From: an uncultured Chthonomonadaceae bacterium | GTDB lineage: Bacteria > Armatimonadota > Chthonomonadetes > Chthonomonadales > Chthonomonadaceae | Assembly (NCBI GenBank): GCA_963835065.1 | Contig: CAWIEK010000057.1 | Coordinates: 64,001-128,000 of the forward strand | Length of the DNA stretch: 64,000 nucleotides | Direction: 5' to 3' | In this document: one piece after another, positions 19,837 to 30,259 of the stretch | Layout: each line of letters starts with the position of its first letter | How positions within the stretch are numbered: the first letter of the stretch is position 1 | Made by a program: the position numbers and the translations under genes | Notes under the pieces: model-generated | What the model was told of the DNA's origin: nothing | The model's database searches: none | The model's input: only the letters and a program-made list of their open reading frames with translations

Positions 19837-20426
19837 AAAGTGGGCAGGGCTGGGTACAGCGTGGCGAGGGTGTTCTGGTCGCGGACGGTAATGCGCCAGG
19901 CGTGTCCCATCTGGTGAACCGGGTACATCACGTCGCGGGGGTCGGAACTGTGCCCGTCCAGGCCGAGCGCATGGCCGAACTCATGGGCGGCAATGCAGGC
20001 GATATCGCTCGCGTTCCCCCGCCGCACTCCAATACGAACTTTCGCTGTTTCAAGCTTGCCGTCGCGGAATAAGGTATTGGTGTAGCCGTCATTGGTGGAT
20101 GGGTCGAAACGCGCGGTAATAGAAGCCCGCGCCGGATCGTCCACGACAATATAGCGCGTCATTCCGCGCGTTGCATTCAGCCAGGCATCGAAGCCGCGCC
20201 GCGCCCACTGTTCGCGGGCGGGACTATAGTTTGCATCGTGGGCAAAGGCGACAGCAACGGGAAAAGCAGGCCAAACAGCGCGATTACGCAAATGGGACGC
20301 ATAATTTACAGGAAGGACAGCGGCAGGAGCGCGCTTAACAGGAGGTGTCGTGGCTCCGATTATGGACAGGTTCATCAGTAAAACAGTGGCAGCGCCAGCA
20401 AATCGTATAATACTTTCGGGGTACAT
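19833..20426 (-). CDS. Matrixin (M10) family zinc metalloprotease
   Basis: HEFGHALGLDGHS and DVMYP Met-turn. Confidence 0.9.
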   Translation of the reverse strand: MYPESIIRFAGAATVLLMNLSIIGATTPPVKRAPAAVLPVNYASHLRNRAVWPAFPVAVAFAHDANYSPAREQWARRGFDAWLNATRGMTRYIVVDDPARASITARFDPSTNDGYTNTLFRDGKLETAKVRIGVRRGNASDIACIAAHEFGHALGLDGHSSDPRDVMYPVHQMGHAWRITVRDQNTLATLYPALPTF

Positions 20427-20520
20427 GGATACCTCAAATATGGGTTAGGGGCAAGTAAGTCTTCTGCTGTATTATACGGTATTTAGACGCTTTTCCATAC
20501 CCATTTTTGAACACAAAATT

Positions 20521-22356
20521 ATGGAACAAACATCTTCTGAATTTAATTTTATGCCTGAGAGTGACAACGCCGTACCGGGGCAGGGAGTGAGCAATCCGCT
20601 TCCGCGCGCCGTGCAGCGCCCGAACTTCTATCAGCTTCTTGATGGCGAATGGCGTTTTGCCATTGACCTGAAAGACTGCGGCCTGCGCGAACACTGGTGC
20701 ATGGGGCACGAATACGAGCGCGGGGCGCATTGGCCCGGCTCCATCGAAACCCACATGGCTGCGGCGCGTCAGGAGCAGCAGCGCACTCCGGCCTGGCAGG
20801 ACAAGGTCATCGTCTGGTATGAGCGCGAGTTCACGCTGCCGGAGCCGTCCGCGCTGCCGCCGAACGGCATCTGGCAAATTACCTTCGGCGCGTGCGGCTA
20901 TGAAACCCGCGTCTGGCTCAACGGCAAACCGCTGCGCACCCTGGAAGGCGAGGAAGTCCATTATGGAGCCTACACCTCCTTCTCCTACGAATTGCCCCTC
21001 GAAACCCTGCGCCCCGTGAACCGCCTGACCGCGCGAATTGCCGATACGATGGACGCGGAGATTCCACGCGGCAAGCAGGAATCGCATGTGTACAAGCGCG
21101 GCGGCATCTGGTATCAGACGCATACCGGGGCTGTGCGCAGCGTGTGGCTGGAAACCGTCGAGCGCAACCGCCTGCGTTCCCGCGTGGGCGTCATCAGCCT
21201 GTTTGCGGACAGCCTCGTCCGCTTTCGCCTGACCACGTATATCCACGATCCGGGCCTGTATACGGTGCGCCTGAACATCTTTGCCGACGCAAAGGCAACA
21301 GAGCCGCTTGCCACCTCCGATTTTCCGCTGCGCCTGGAAGCGGGAGAAAAGCCGCAGCAGGTGATTATGGAAGTGCCCAACGCGCAAGCGTGGTCGCCCG
21401 ATAAGCCGCATCTGTATCGCCTTGTCGCCCAGCTCATTGACGCCAACGGCCATGCCGCGCAAATCGAAACGCGCTTCGGCCTGCGCAAAATCGAAGCGCG
21501 GGGCCGCCAGGTGTTTCTTAACAATGTCGCCACGTATCTGGACGGCATTTTGTACCAGCCGGGCGCGTCCACGTATGAGCAGATTGCCCGCCATTTGCGC
21601 GGCATCAAAGAATTGGGCTGTAATCTTGTCCGGGTCCACATTACGGGCGTGGACCCCCGCGTGTATACGCTTGCCGATGAAATGGGAATGTTGGTGTGGG
21701 TGGAAGTGCCCAGTCCGCACAGTTCCACGCCGCGCAGCCGGGAAAACCACCGAGCGGAACTGCTGCGCCTGCTGGCCCTGATTGAAACGCATCCATCCGT
21801 TGTGATCTGGAGCCTGTACAATGAGGACTGGGGCGCGCAGGACATTGCCACCAACCCGGATACGCGCCGCTACATCGTTGACCTTTACCACGATATGCGT
21901 CTGCATCATCCGCAATTTCTTGTTGTAGACAATGATGGCTGGCATCATGTGTCGTGCGAGGGGCGGCTGAAGTCCGACCTGCTCACCGCCCACCTGTACA
22001 CGCCCGATTTGAAACGCTGGAGCGAACTGCTCGATTGCTTTTCGGCAGGCGAAATGGAGGATGTGGCCGCAAACCCGCTTATCGTGGGCGATCCGTTCTT
22101 TTACCGGGGACAAACGCCCCTGATTGTCAGCGAGTGGGGCGGCTTCGGCTTTGCGGATTACGGCGGCCCGGAGGCGGGAGACGAGCGCGTGGAGCGCATA
22201 CGCGCCTTTAAGCAGGAACTGCGCCGCCATGCCATTGCGGGGGATGTGTATACGCAGGCGACGGATATTGAGGACGAATGTAACGGGCTGATAGACGCGA
22301 ACACGGGCGAACTCGCGGTTCCGCCCGGCCTGCTCGCGTCCCGCGCGACGGAGTAA
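20521..22356 (+). CDS. Glycoside hydrolase family 2
   Basis: LDGEWRF, PRGKQ, WSPDKPHLY, FGLRKIE, WSLYNEDWG (acid/base) and VSEWGG (nucleophile). Confidence 0.93.
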   Translation: MEQTSSEFNFMPESDNAVPGQGVSNPLPRAVQRPNFYQLLDGEWRFAIDLKDCGLREHWCMGHEYERGAHWPGSIETHMAAARQEQQRTPAWQDKVIVWYEREFTLPEPSALPPNGIWQITFGACGYETRVWLNGKPLRTLEGEEVHYGAYTSFSYELPLETLRPVNRLTARIADTMDAEIPRGKQESHVYKRGGIWYQTHTGAVRSVWLETVERNRLRSRVGVISLFADSLVRFRLTTYIHDPGLYTVRLNIFADAKATEPLATSDFPLRLEAGEKPQQVIMEVPNAQAWSPDKPHLYRLVAQLIDANGHAAQIETRFGLRKIEARGRQVFLNNVATYLDGILYQPGASTYEQIARHLRGIKELGCNLVRVHITGVDPRVYTLADEMGMLVWVEVPSPHSSTPRSRENHRAELLRLLALIETHPSVVIWSLYNEDWGAQDIATNPDTRRYIVDLYHDMRLHHPQFLVVDNDGWHHVSCEGRLKSDLLTAHLYTPDLKRWSELLDCFSAGEMEDVAANPLIVGDPFFYRGQTPLIVSEWGGFGFADYGGPEAGDERVERIRAFKQELRRHAIAGDVYTQATDIEDECNGLIDANTGELAVPPGLLASRATE

Positions 22357-22691
22357 GGCTTCCTTCGGTATTCTTGTATTTTCAGTGGCGTTTGCAGGAT
22401 TGGGGCGAAATAGGCTAAAATGTTTGTGAGGAAGGCAGGAATGTAAGGATTTACGAAAACATTTGTCGAATAAGGCTGTCAAAGGAAGTGCGCCGCCGTC
22501 CGTTCCGGCTGCCGCGCTCTCTCGCCGCGCCCTTTCTGATTGTTTTTCGCTGCTCGTTCTCGCCTGAAACGGCTGTCCGAACGTTCACCTGCATGTTCTC
22601 GCGCCGTTTTGAAAAGGAACATTTTTCGAGGCACTGAACGCCGATAGGCGCGCTTGTGGCCTTGCCTGTCTCGCGCCAATGGAGGAACCGT

Positions 22692-23528
22692 ATGCTGATC
22701 TCTCGTTTTGCCCGCCTGGGCCTGACCCTGGCGACCCTGCTGACTGCGCTTGCGCTGTGGAGCCAGCCGGCCCATGCCTACAAAGCCTATGCCATGAAAG
22801 AAGGCAAGACGTGTAACTACTGTCATGCCGGCGGCGGCGGTACGCCCCGTAACTTCCGCGGCACGTATTACAAAACGCATGGCCTGTCCTTCGCGGATTT
22901 CGACAATCTGTATGAAGCGCGCCGCGCGGGCGTTACCGACCCGACGGCTATGGGCGTGGACGCCAAAGCCACCGTCGCGGGCTACCCGAACGTGAAAACG
23001 GACGTACCCGACATCCTGAAGTACACCATGAAAGACCTGGACGGCAACCCGGTCAACCTGGGACGCTATCAGGGCGATGTGATCATGATCGTCAACGTCG
23101 CGTCCAAGTGCGGCAACACGCCCCAGTACAAGGCGCTGCAAAAGATGTACGATGACAACAAGGACAAGGGCTTTGTCATTCTCGGCTTCCCGTCCAACGA
23201 CTTCGGCGGGCAGGAACCGGGCAGCGAAAAGGAAATCAAGCAGTTCTGCACCGACTTGTACAAAGTGACGTTCCCGATGTTCTCCAAAATCGTGGTCAAG
23301 GGCGACGACACGGCTCCGCTGTACAAGTACCTGCTCGATCCCAAAACCGATCCCAAGTTCGCCAAGCCCATTGACTGGAACTTCGCCAAGTTTCTCGTCA
23401 ATCGCAAGGGCGAAGTGATCGCGCGCTTTGCCGCCAAGACCACGCCGGATGATCCGTCCGTCACGAGCGCGGTGGCAAAAGCCCTCAAAGAAGCGAAGCC
23501 GGAAGATAAATCCCTCGGCGCTCAATAA
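22692..23528 (+). CDS. Secreted glutathione peroxidase-family protein with N-terminal CxxCH (c-type heme) domain
   Basis: GGAGG SD, signal peptide AHA-YK, CNYCH, then NVASKCG, ILGFPSNDFGGQE and WNFAKFL. Confidence 0.9.
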   Translation: MLISRFARLGLTLATLLTALALWSQPAHAYKAYAMKEGKTCNYCHAGGGGTPRNFRGTYYKTHGLSFADFDNLYEARRAGVTDPTAMGVDAKATVAGYPNVKTDVPDILKYTMKDLDGNPVNLGRYQGDVIMIVNVASKCGNTPQYKALQKMYDDNKDKGFVILGFPSNDFGGQEPGSEKEIKQFCTDLYKVTFPMFSKIVVKGDDTAPLYKYLLDPKTDPKFAKPIDWNFAKFLVNRKGEVIARFAAKTTPDDPSVTSAVAKALKEAKPEDKSLGAQ

Positions 23529-23536
23529 ACCAACCT

Positions 23537-23612
23537 GAAAATGCCTGTATTCGGTGTTCGGTGTTCGGACACTCCGGCATGTTCATGCTCCGGGGTGAAC
23601 ATAGTTCATGCA
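23537..23612 (-). repeat. Dispersed ~75 bp CGAACAC element, copy 2
   Basis: Its reverse complement aligns with 13965-14037. Confidence 0.8.
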
Positions 23613-23804
23613 GCCTCTCCTGTAAAAAGAAAGGGCTGTGACACACTTCACACTCCTGCTGTGACAGGTTCCAACGCTCAAATAACCAGGTTCGCGCATA
23701 ATAGAGTTGTCTCTTATGCGCGAACCTTGTTGTTCTTTTTGATGTTCGCTATTTGAAGTTTACCGTTTGACGCCATGCCGATTTGATTGAGGGAGTTTCA
23801 CGCG

Positions 23805-24182
23805 ATGCACCACACCACTGCCGAACCCAAAGCCCTGCTGCTTTCCAAAGAAGAGACTCTGGCCCTGCTGGATATGTGCCTGAACAGCGCCGTAGAAATG
23901 CGGGCCGCGCATGAGCAAGCGCTGATCAAGCTGGGAGACATGGCGCGCAGTTATCTGGCGGAAGACCGGGACGCGGAAGCGGCCTGCGCGCCCATCATTG
24001 CGCCCATTGTTTGCGCGCCAACGCCTGCGCCGGTTGTCTGCGCGCCACAAGCCGCGCCCGAAGTCCTCCATCCCGCTTACAACCAAACGCCCGCGCGCGT
24101 CGCCTTCTGGACCCAGTCTTCCATTCGCTCCCGCCTGCGCAGCCTTCCGCCGATGCCGGAAATGGAAGCGTGTCGGGGGTGA
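23805..24182 (+). CDS. Hypothetical protein with CAP-containing linker repeats
   Basis: GAGGGAG SD. Stop overlaps the GTG of the next gene. Confidence 0.55.
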   Translation: MHHTTAEPKALLLSKEETLALLDMCLNSAVEMRAAHEQALIKLGDMARSYLAEDRDAEAACAPIIAPIVCAPTPAPVVCAPQAAPEVLHPAYNQTPARVAFWTQSSIRSRLRSLPPMPEMEACRG

Positions 24183-25096
24183 GGAGGAAGACACAAACCA
24201 TTTTTGACGCGGTGATGACACATAATGTCGTGCCGATGCGGGCGGAGCCGAACGGCGGGAGCGAACAGGTCAGCCAGGCGATTTGGGGCGACAATGTTTT
24301 GCGGCTGGCGGAAGAAGGCGAATTTGTACGCATACGCGGCGCGGACGCTTACGAGGGGTGGGTATGGCGGCGGCATCTGCGTCCGTTCGATCCCGCGTTG
24401 CCTTTTGAAGAGCAATGCTGGCCGTTCGGGCAGCAAATCGGGCAGGCCGTCTGCGTCACGTCGGATTTCGCCGTGTTGCGCGAACATGCCGGAAGCGACG
24501 CCCCGCCCGTGACAAAACTGGTGTTCGGAACGTGGGCGCAAGTCCCGCTGACGGAACGGCCACGAGAAGCCGAAGGACTGCTGATTCAACTGCCGACAGG
24601 ATATGGCGTGGAAGAAGCGAAGCGCGTACAGGCGGGCTATGTCGCCGGGGAAGCGGTAAGTTCTCTTGCGAATTGGCCTTACCCGCGCAAATGGGAGGGC
24701 GAAGCGGCCTGCCGATTGGCGCGTCGCTTTCTCGGCACTCCCTATCTGTGGGGCGGCACAACGCCGTTCGGCTTCGACTGTTCCGGTTTCGCGCAGCGCG
24801 TTTATTCCACGTTTGGCGTTGTCCTGCCGCGCGACGCTTACATGCAGGCCGAGAGCGTTTTGGGCGAACGACTTGCCCCGGACGTTCCCACGCAGGCGGG
24901 CGATCTGGTGTTCTTCGGCGGGCGCAGCGACCCGCGCAAGCGAGTCATCACGCACGTCGGCATAGCCCTCAACACCGCTTCCTTCATTCACGCAGTCGGC
25001 AAAGAAGGCGTCATCATCACGCCCTTCGACGATCCCTACTACTCTGCGCAGTACACTTATCACGGCGCATGGCGTTATCCCACATCTGTCAAGTAA
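24179..25096 (+). CDS. SH3 + NlpC/P60 (C40) peptidase, YkfC-like
   Basis: YEGWV, FLGTPYLWGG, FDCSGF, LPRDA, GDLVFF and HVGI. Confidence 0.9.
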   Translation: MRRKTQTIFDAVMTHNVVPMRAEPNGGSEQVSQAIWGDNVLRLAEEGEFVRIRGADAYEGWVWRRHLRPFDPALPFEEQCWPFGQQIGQAVCVTSDFAVLREHAGSDAPPVTKLVFGTWAQVPLTERPREAEGLLIQLPTGYGVEEAKRVQAGYVAGEAVSSLANWPYPRKWEGEAACRLARRFLGTPYLWGGTTPFGFDCSGFAQRVYSTFGVVLPRDAYMQAESVLGERLAPDVPTQAGDLVFFGGRSDPRKRVITHVGIALNTASFIHAVGKEGVIITPFDDPYYSAQYTYHGAWRYPTSVK

Positions 25097-25207
25097 AACT
25101 TGCCCCTGTCACAAACCGAACCGGCCCCCGTTTTGAGAGAACGTTCCCGAAAAAGACAGCCCGGTGTTTTCAGCGCAGCAGCCGGGTTGATGGAGGTTCG
25201 TTTTCCC

Positions 25208-25372
25208 TTGACAATCACAATCAACCGTTCGCGTCCCATCCCCCAACGCCTGTTGTGGACGCGACTTTACCTGACCGCCTGCCTGCTTGTCAGTCTGGCC
25301 GCGCTCGTTCCCCCGCCCGCTCACGCGGGTACGGAAACGACGGGCGCTCCCCCGGCAGGACTGAAGAAGTAG
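25208..25372 (+). pseudogene. Signal-peptide-only gene remnant ending at a heptamer element
   Basis: GGAGG SD and TTG start. LYLTACLLVSLAALVPPPAHA-G, then a stop 14 codons later. Confidence 0.4.
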
Positions 25373-25376
25373 GAGG

Positions 25377-25526
25377 AAGATATAAGATATAAGATATAAG
25401 ATATAAGCAGGACAGGCTTTTAGATTGCTCTGTGAAGCGGTTGCTTGTCGTCAAAAACATGCCACACAGTCCCCTGCAAGCTGCCATCCCAAACTTATAT
25501 CTTATATCTTATATCTTATATCTTAT
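25377..25526. repeat. Inverted tandem heptamer mini-element (AGATATA)4 - 86 bp spacer - (TATATCT)4
   Basis: Arms at 25377-25407 and 25494-25526. The right arm supplies the TAA of the aminopeptidase gene. Confidence 0.9.
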
Positions 25527-28129
25527 GGAGCTTCGATCTTCTCGATTGCCGTTTTCGCCGCGTCCTGTGTGAAGGCGCTGGGCGCGTTGGCGGCAAGGGC
25601 GCGCAGGGCTTCCAGCGCGCCCTTGTCCTTGCGGGCGGCGAGGACGCTGATGGCGGTGCGTTGAACAAACTCCTGCGGGTCGTTGAGCATCGCCATCAGC
25701 GCGTCATGCACGCCGGCATCTCCGAGCGCGAGGGTTTTCAGAGCGCTTGCGGCTTGTAAGCGCGTGAACGCATTGTGTTCCGGCTTCATTGCCTGCAACA
25801 GCAGGGGTACGGCCGCATCGCTCTTCGCCGCTGCCAGCGCCTCCACGCTTGCCAGAGCCAGCGTTTCCCCCGGCGTGACCTGCGCGATGTAATGCTGAAA
25901 CACATCCAGGTTTTGAGTGACATTCGACCCGCCGAGTCCGAGCAGCGCGCCGCGCACAACCGCGTAGGGTTCCGTATCGCTAAGAGCGATACTGCGCAGC
26001 AAGCGGTTGTCCTCGTCTGTGGGCGCTAATTGTCCCAGCGCGGCAAGCGCGGCGGCACGGCGGTAAGGCAATTTGGACAGCGCTTCCGCGTGGAAAAGCG
26101 GGCGCAGTTCCTCGCTCTTGGCGCTGCTCAGGCTTCTAATCAGGGTCGCGCCCAGGCTGTTGCCCGGTTCCACCTTCAACACGTCGGTGAACAGGGCGAT
26201 TTTGCCGGCATCCAGGCTTTCCCCCGTCAATTTATTTGCCGCATAAGTTCGGTCTACGGAATTGGGCGCGACACGCAGCAGCAGCGCCATGTCCGCGTCC
26301 GTCCAATGGTTGTCCGGCACTTCCTTGAGCAGATCGTGATCCGGGTCCAGCAGCACAAGCGCGGGCTTTTCCGCGCAGGGCAGATGGAACTCCTGCGTGG
26401 CCTGATTGAGAACCACCCGCTGGCGCTGCAAGGCTTTGCTTCCGGTCTGCGCTCCGCTCCGAGGTTTCTCGCTTGACAGGGCCGCTTGCTTCAAGCCGGA
26501 TGGGGCGGTTCCCATTCCACGCGCCAGGCCGAACGTCACGGGCATGGTGTAAATGGGTGTGCCGTCCGTCGTGTTTTGCAGTTGCTTGACCGTCGCAACC
26601 ACTTCCTTGCGTCCCTCATCATACGTCCACGTCATGTCCAGCACGGGATGGCCGGGCTTGCGTATCCACTGGTCGAAAAACGGCTTGATGTCGTGGTGGG
26701 TTTCTTCCGTGATGGCTTTTTCCAGGTCACTGGTTTCCACCGCTTTATACTCGTTGGCTTTCAGATAGCGGCGCAGGCTGGCGAAAAAGGCTTTGTCGCC
26801 GAGTTCCCGGCGCAGCATGTGCAAAATCACGCCGCCCTTCGCATAAGTGTGCCCCTGCTCGAACATGGCATCGTAGCTGGCATAGGTGTTGGTGCTGAGG
26901 GCGCGCTTGGAACGCGCCGCCGAAGCCAGGTAGGAGCGCGTGTTCCCCTCCACTTCGGCTTCGTAGGTTTCCCTGCCGTTGAGATGTTCCATATAAAACA
27001 TCTCCATGAAGGTCGCAAAACTCTCGTTGAGCCAGATGTCGCCCCAATCTTTACACGTCACCAGGTCGCCGAACCACTGGTGGCCGAGTTCGTGCGAGGT
27101 CAGGCTGGACATGGGGAATTTGTCGCCACGCGGTTCGGCCAGGCTGCGCGATCCCAGCGTGGTCGCGCTGACGTTTTCCATGCCGCCGGGAAAATCGAAC
27201 ACCCAGTCCTGCGCGTACTTGGGCCAGGGATACTTGACGCCCAGATTGTCGGAAAACCAACTCAGCATATCGGGCGTATTGCCGAACGATTCGGGAATCT
27301 GCTTTCCCATGCCTTTGGGAACGACATAATAAAGGGGAACGCCGCGCCACATATCTTTTTGCACGTCCAGTTCGCCGCCGACAAGGGACAGCAGGTACGT
27401 GGAGTGGGGCTGCTTCATTGTCCAGTGAAACGTGCGGGTGTGCGCGTCGGCGTTGAGCGTGGCGGGAGTCTCGAAGCCATTGCCGATGACGGTCCACTCT
27501 TCCGGCACGGTGGTATGGGTTTCGCTGGTGCATTTGTCATTGGGATAATCGTAGCAGGGAACCCACGAACTGTTGGTGTTGGTTTCGCCCTGCGTCCAGA
27601 ACCCCGGTCGGCGGGCCGGCTGATTGGGGCGGGGGTCAATCCACGTGAACCCGCCCGCGCCGTTTGCGCCCGCTCGTGTGCGCGCGCCGACAGCAGGCAT
27701 CGTATAAGCGATTTCTACGGCCACTTCCTTGCCGCCGGCCAGGGGCGCGGCGGGCGTCAGGGTCAGCTGGTTGTTCTGCTGCGCAAAAGGAACATCCGTG
27801 CCGTTGATTTTGCAGGTTTCGATTTTCAGGTTGTCGCGGGCGTCCAAAACTACGGTTGCCAGCGAATCGCGCAGGGGCGTCAGGTAGTGCGTGACGACGC
27901 CATGCGCGGAGTGTTCTTTGGCATTGACATCGAAAATAAGTTTGAGATGCCGCACATGGTAATCGCGGACGCGCTCGGCATGGACGGTGGCGACGGGACG
28001 GTCATTGCGCCGCGCGTTCTGGCCGAATCCGCCCTGCGCCCCTGACATGGGCGCGAGCAGGCTCAAACCGGCAATGGCGGCAAGCGCGGCGAAACCGGCG
28101 CGAAATGGCAACATGGAAAAAGGCTTCAA
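25523..28129 (-). CDS. Secreted M1 family aminopeptidase with C-terminal HEAT repeats
   Basis: GGMEN, HELGHQWFGDLVT...WLNESFA and YAKGG. TTG start after AAGGAG. Confidence 0.95.
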   Translation of the reverse strand: MKPFSMLPFRAGFAALAAIAGLSLLAPMSGAQGGFGQNARRNDRPVATVHAERVRDYHVRHLKLIFDVNAKEHSAHGVVTHYLTPLRDSLATVVLDARDNLKIETCKINGTDVPFAQQNNQLTLTPAAPLAGGKEVAVEIAYTMPAVGARTRAGANGAGGFTWIDPRPNQPARRPGFWTQGETNTNSSWVPCYDYPNDKCTSETHTTVPEEWTVIGNGFETPATLNADAHTRTFHWTMKQPHSTYLLSLVGGELDVQKDMWRGVPLYYVVPKGMGKQIPESFGNTPDMLSWFSDNLGVKYPWPKYAQDWVFDFPGGMENVSATTLGSRSLAEPRGDKFPMSSLTSHELGHQWFGDLVTCKDWGDIWLNESFATFMEMFYMEHLNGRETYEAEVEGNTRSYLASAARSKRALSTNTYASYDAMFEQGHTYAKGGVILHMLRRELGDKAFFASLRRYLKANEYKAVETSDLEKAITEETHHDIKPFFDQWIRKPGHPVLDMTWTYDEGRKEVVATVKQLQNTTDGTPIYTMPVTFGLARGMGTAPSGLKQAALSSEKPRSGAQTGSKALQRQRVVLNQATQEFHLPCAEKPALVLLDPDHDLLKEVPDNHWTDADMALLLRVAPNSVDRTYAANKLTGESLDAGKIALFTDVLKVEPGNSLGATLIRSLSSAKSEELRPLFHAEALSKLPYRRAAALAALGQLAPTDEDNRLLRSIALSDTEPYAVVRGALLGLGGSNVTQNLDVFQHYIAQVTPGETLALASVEALAAAKSDAAVPLLLQAMKPEHNAFTRLQAASALKTLALGDAGVHDALMAMLNDPQEFVQRTAISVLAARKDKGALEALRALAANAPSAFTQDAAKTAIEKIEAP

Positions 28130-28365
28130 CGGAAACTCCTTGCAAAATCGTGGGCACGAGGGAAGAGGATCAAAAATAGCGAATACAATCACGCGAACAC
28201 AGCCCTATCAACGGACGCGCAACCTACCGCTATATTACCACAATCCGGCGCAATCTAGCAGGTATGAAAGAGAAGAATACAGAGGAAAGGAGAATTCCAA
28301 CCAACATAAAAAGTTTAAAATGTGGAACAACCATCACGAGATTATCAATTCACCGCCGGGAGTTA

Positions 28366-28785
28366 TTACACGCGGCCCAGAACATCGTCTCCAATGCGAA
28401 CGCCATACAGAGGAGCATCAGGACGTTTTTCCAAAATCATGTCGGCGGCAGCGCTGACAGTCTCGCCAATTGCATATTCTTCCGTATCCATTGCAATTAC
28501 AAGAATCAGGCCGGCGTACTTTCGGGGTGAGTTGATGTCCAGATGCACGAACGGAAAGTAGATGCGTTTCGTATTTCCTTCCCAACCGGTCGTGACAATC
28601 ATGTAGCGGTCGCGCTCCTGATCGAAAATGGCCTCATTTGTCACACTCGGGCTGGAAAAGCGGAGTTGCGCGAGGGGCATAAGAACATCGCGCACAATGT
28701 GACGATAACATTCTATTTTATCCATTGCGTTATCTTCTCCCTCTCCGTATCGAACACGATCAGGCGCAATGTCTTTCGCGGACAT
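28366..28785 (-). pseudogene. xisH 3' remnant + truncated xisI fused to an unrelated fragment
   Basis: LRLIVFDTEREKITQWIK* overlaps MDKIECYR...IFDQERDRYMIVTTGW...VHLDI. Similarity to XisI then stops. Confidence 0.75.
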
Positions 28786-28853
28786 GGTGTTTTGCTCTTG
28801 CTGAATTATACCATAGCCCGTCAGGAGTGAATAGTCGCAACCGCCAACACGCC

Positions 28854-28884
28854 GCGAAGTCCTGCCGACACAGCAGGACTTCGC
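28854..28884. repeat. REP-like hairpin GCGAAGTCCTGC-N7-GCAGGACTTCGC
   Basis: Related hairpin at 30702-30739. Confidence 0.7.
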
Positions 28885-28972
28885 AGGCAGTACTTTGGCT
28901 TCAGGAGGCCGCTTGTACAACACATTGAAACCCCTGAGATTGGTGTATAATACGGATAAGGAGATAGCGATT

Positions 28973-29344
28973 ATGCAAACGGCTCTGCGCCTGCAAACGA
29001 CGGTTCTGCCCGGACAGCGCATTGAGGTTTCTGCGCCCGAACTGCTGGAAGGCGATACGGTAGAACTGATTATCCTCAGCGCGAACACGACTTCTGCGGG
29101 GCGGTATCCTGCCGCGCTGGAGGCCGCCTACGATACGTTGATCCAGAAGAAATTGGCGGGAACGCTGACCTCCGAAGAGACTCTGCGCCTTCAGGCGGCG
29201 CGGGAAGAGATAAGCGCCATAGATCAAACTTATCCCGATATTCGCGCGCAGCAGGCGCACAAATTAAGCGAGGAACTGGCGCAGATACGCGCTGAATTAC
29301 AAGCCTTGCCTCCAATCTGTCAGCCGACACCCCCATTGCCATGA
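28973..29344 (+). CDS. Hypothetical antitoxin-like protein
   Basis: AAGGAG SD. MQTALRLQTTVLPGQRIEVSAPELLEGDTVELIIL N-terminus followed by a helical tail. Confidence 0.65.
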   Translation: MQTALRLQTTVLPGQRIEVSAPELLEGDTVELIILSANTTSAGRYPAALEAAYDTLIQKKLAGTLTSEETLRLQAAREEISAIDQTYPDIRAQQAHKLSEELAQIRAELQALPPICQPTPPLP

Positions 29345-29406
29345 TCTTTGCTCGCAGCCAACCGGAACGCGAAATAGTCAGTAGCTCATGTCTTGCCTGA
29401 TTTTTA

Positions 29407-29829
29407 TCAGACAGACCAATCTTCCACTTTCAAGCCGGGTACTCTCTGGAAGTCGGACAGATTACGGGTCAACAGAACGGCATCATTGGCAAGCGCGATA
29501 GCGGCAATCTGCAAATCTTTTGTGCCAACGCGAAGACGTGACTGCCGCAAGCGTTCGTAGATGGCAGCGGCGTTCTCGTCATAATCCAGAATAGGAATGC
29601 GGCGAAACCTTTCCACATGACTCCGCAATTTCGCATACGCTTCAATCTGCTTTGAGGGCGTATTTGCTCGCGCGACATAAGCCAGCCAGCCGCGCATTTG
29701 TTCTTCATACGTGATAATGCTAACGGCAACGTCCTCTTGCGGCAATGCGGCCAGACGCCTGCCGAGATTGAAAGCCTCGATGGTATCCAAATCCAGTATG
29801 CTGAGATGGTCGGTATCCAGAACGCGCAT
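29407..29829 (-). CDS. vapC: VapC family PIN-domain toxin
   Basis: VLDTDHLS, ITYEEQMRGW, TKDLQIAAIAL and LLTRNLSDFQRVPGLKVEDW. Confidence 0.93.
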   Translation of the reverse strand: MRVLDTDHLSILDLDTIEAFNLGRRLAALPQEDVAVSIITYEEQMRGWLAYVARANTPSKQIEAYAKLRSHVERFRRIPILDYDENAAAIYERLRQSRLRVGTKDLQIAAIALANDAVLLTRNLSDFQRVPGLKVEDWSV

Positions 29830-30044
29830 CAGGAGCCAGTTTCCTCGTCTTCTACCTGCTGCGATTGCCGCCACTCGCGCCCTAATTGCATGGCTTCGAC
29901 GTACGCCGGATCGTTCTTGAACGTGCCGCGTATTTCTTCCCACCAGGGTTTTTTAACAGGCGCGGCATCCGCGCGTTGCCGCTTCAACGCTTCCACTTCC
30001 GCTTCCAATCGCGTCAGACGTTCTTCTATTTCGGTGACTGCCAT
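29829..30044 (-). CDS. Cognate antitoxin
   Basis: 71 aa, EERLTRLEAEV...PWWEEIRGTFKNDP...GREWR. TGATG overlap with vapC. Confidence 0.85.
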   Translation of the reverse strand: MAVTEIEERLTRLEAEVEALKRQRADAAPVKKPWWEEIRGTFKNDPAYVEAMQLGREWRQSQQVEDEETGS

Positions 30045-30259
30045 AAAGGAAACCTCCTCCCTAAATTGCTCTGCACAGCCAGATTATACCACAGCCCCAC
30101 TCTCACGCCATGCGTTTGCGGCGTATCTAGGCGCCTATCGCGTCAGGCCGGGCGTTTCCTCCTGAATCCACCCGGCAGGAAAGCGCAAGCATCCTGCGAA
30201 CGCCCTCCCAAGCTTGTCAGGAGAGGATCGAGGCAAAAGCAAAGGATGAAGGATGAGGG

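Noticed and set aside
22692..23528. Selenocysteine GPx
   Set aside because: The active-site codon is TGC (Cys).
20434..28045. Long opposite-strand ORFs (20434-22482, 22479-23525, 26486-28045)
   Set aside because: These are antisense to well-supported genes, which is typical of high-GC codon bias.
28366..29088. A single 240-aa protein
   Set aside because: It is a chance read-through of antisense sequence, intergenic DNA and xisH/xisI remnants.
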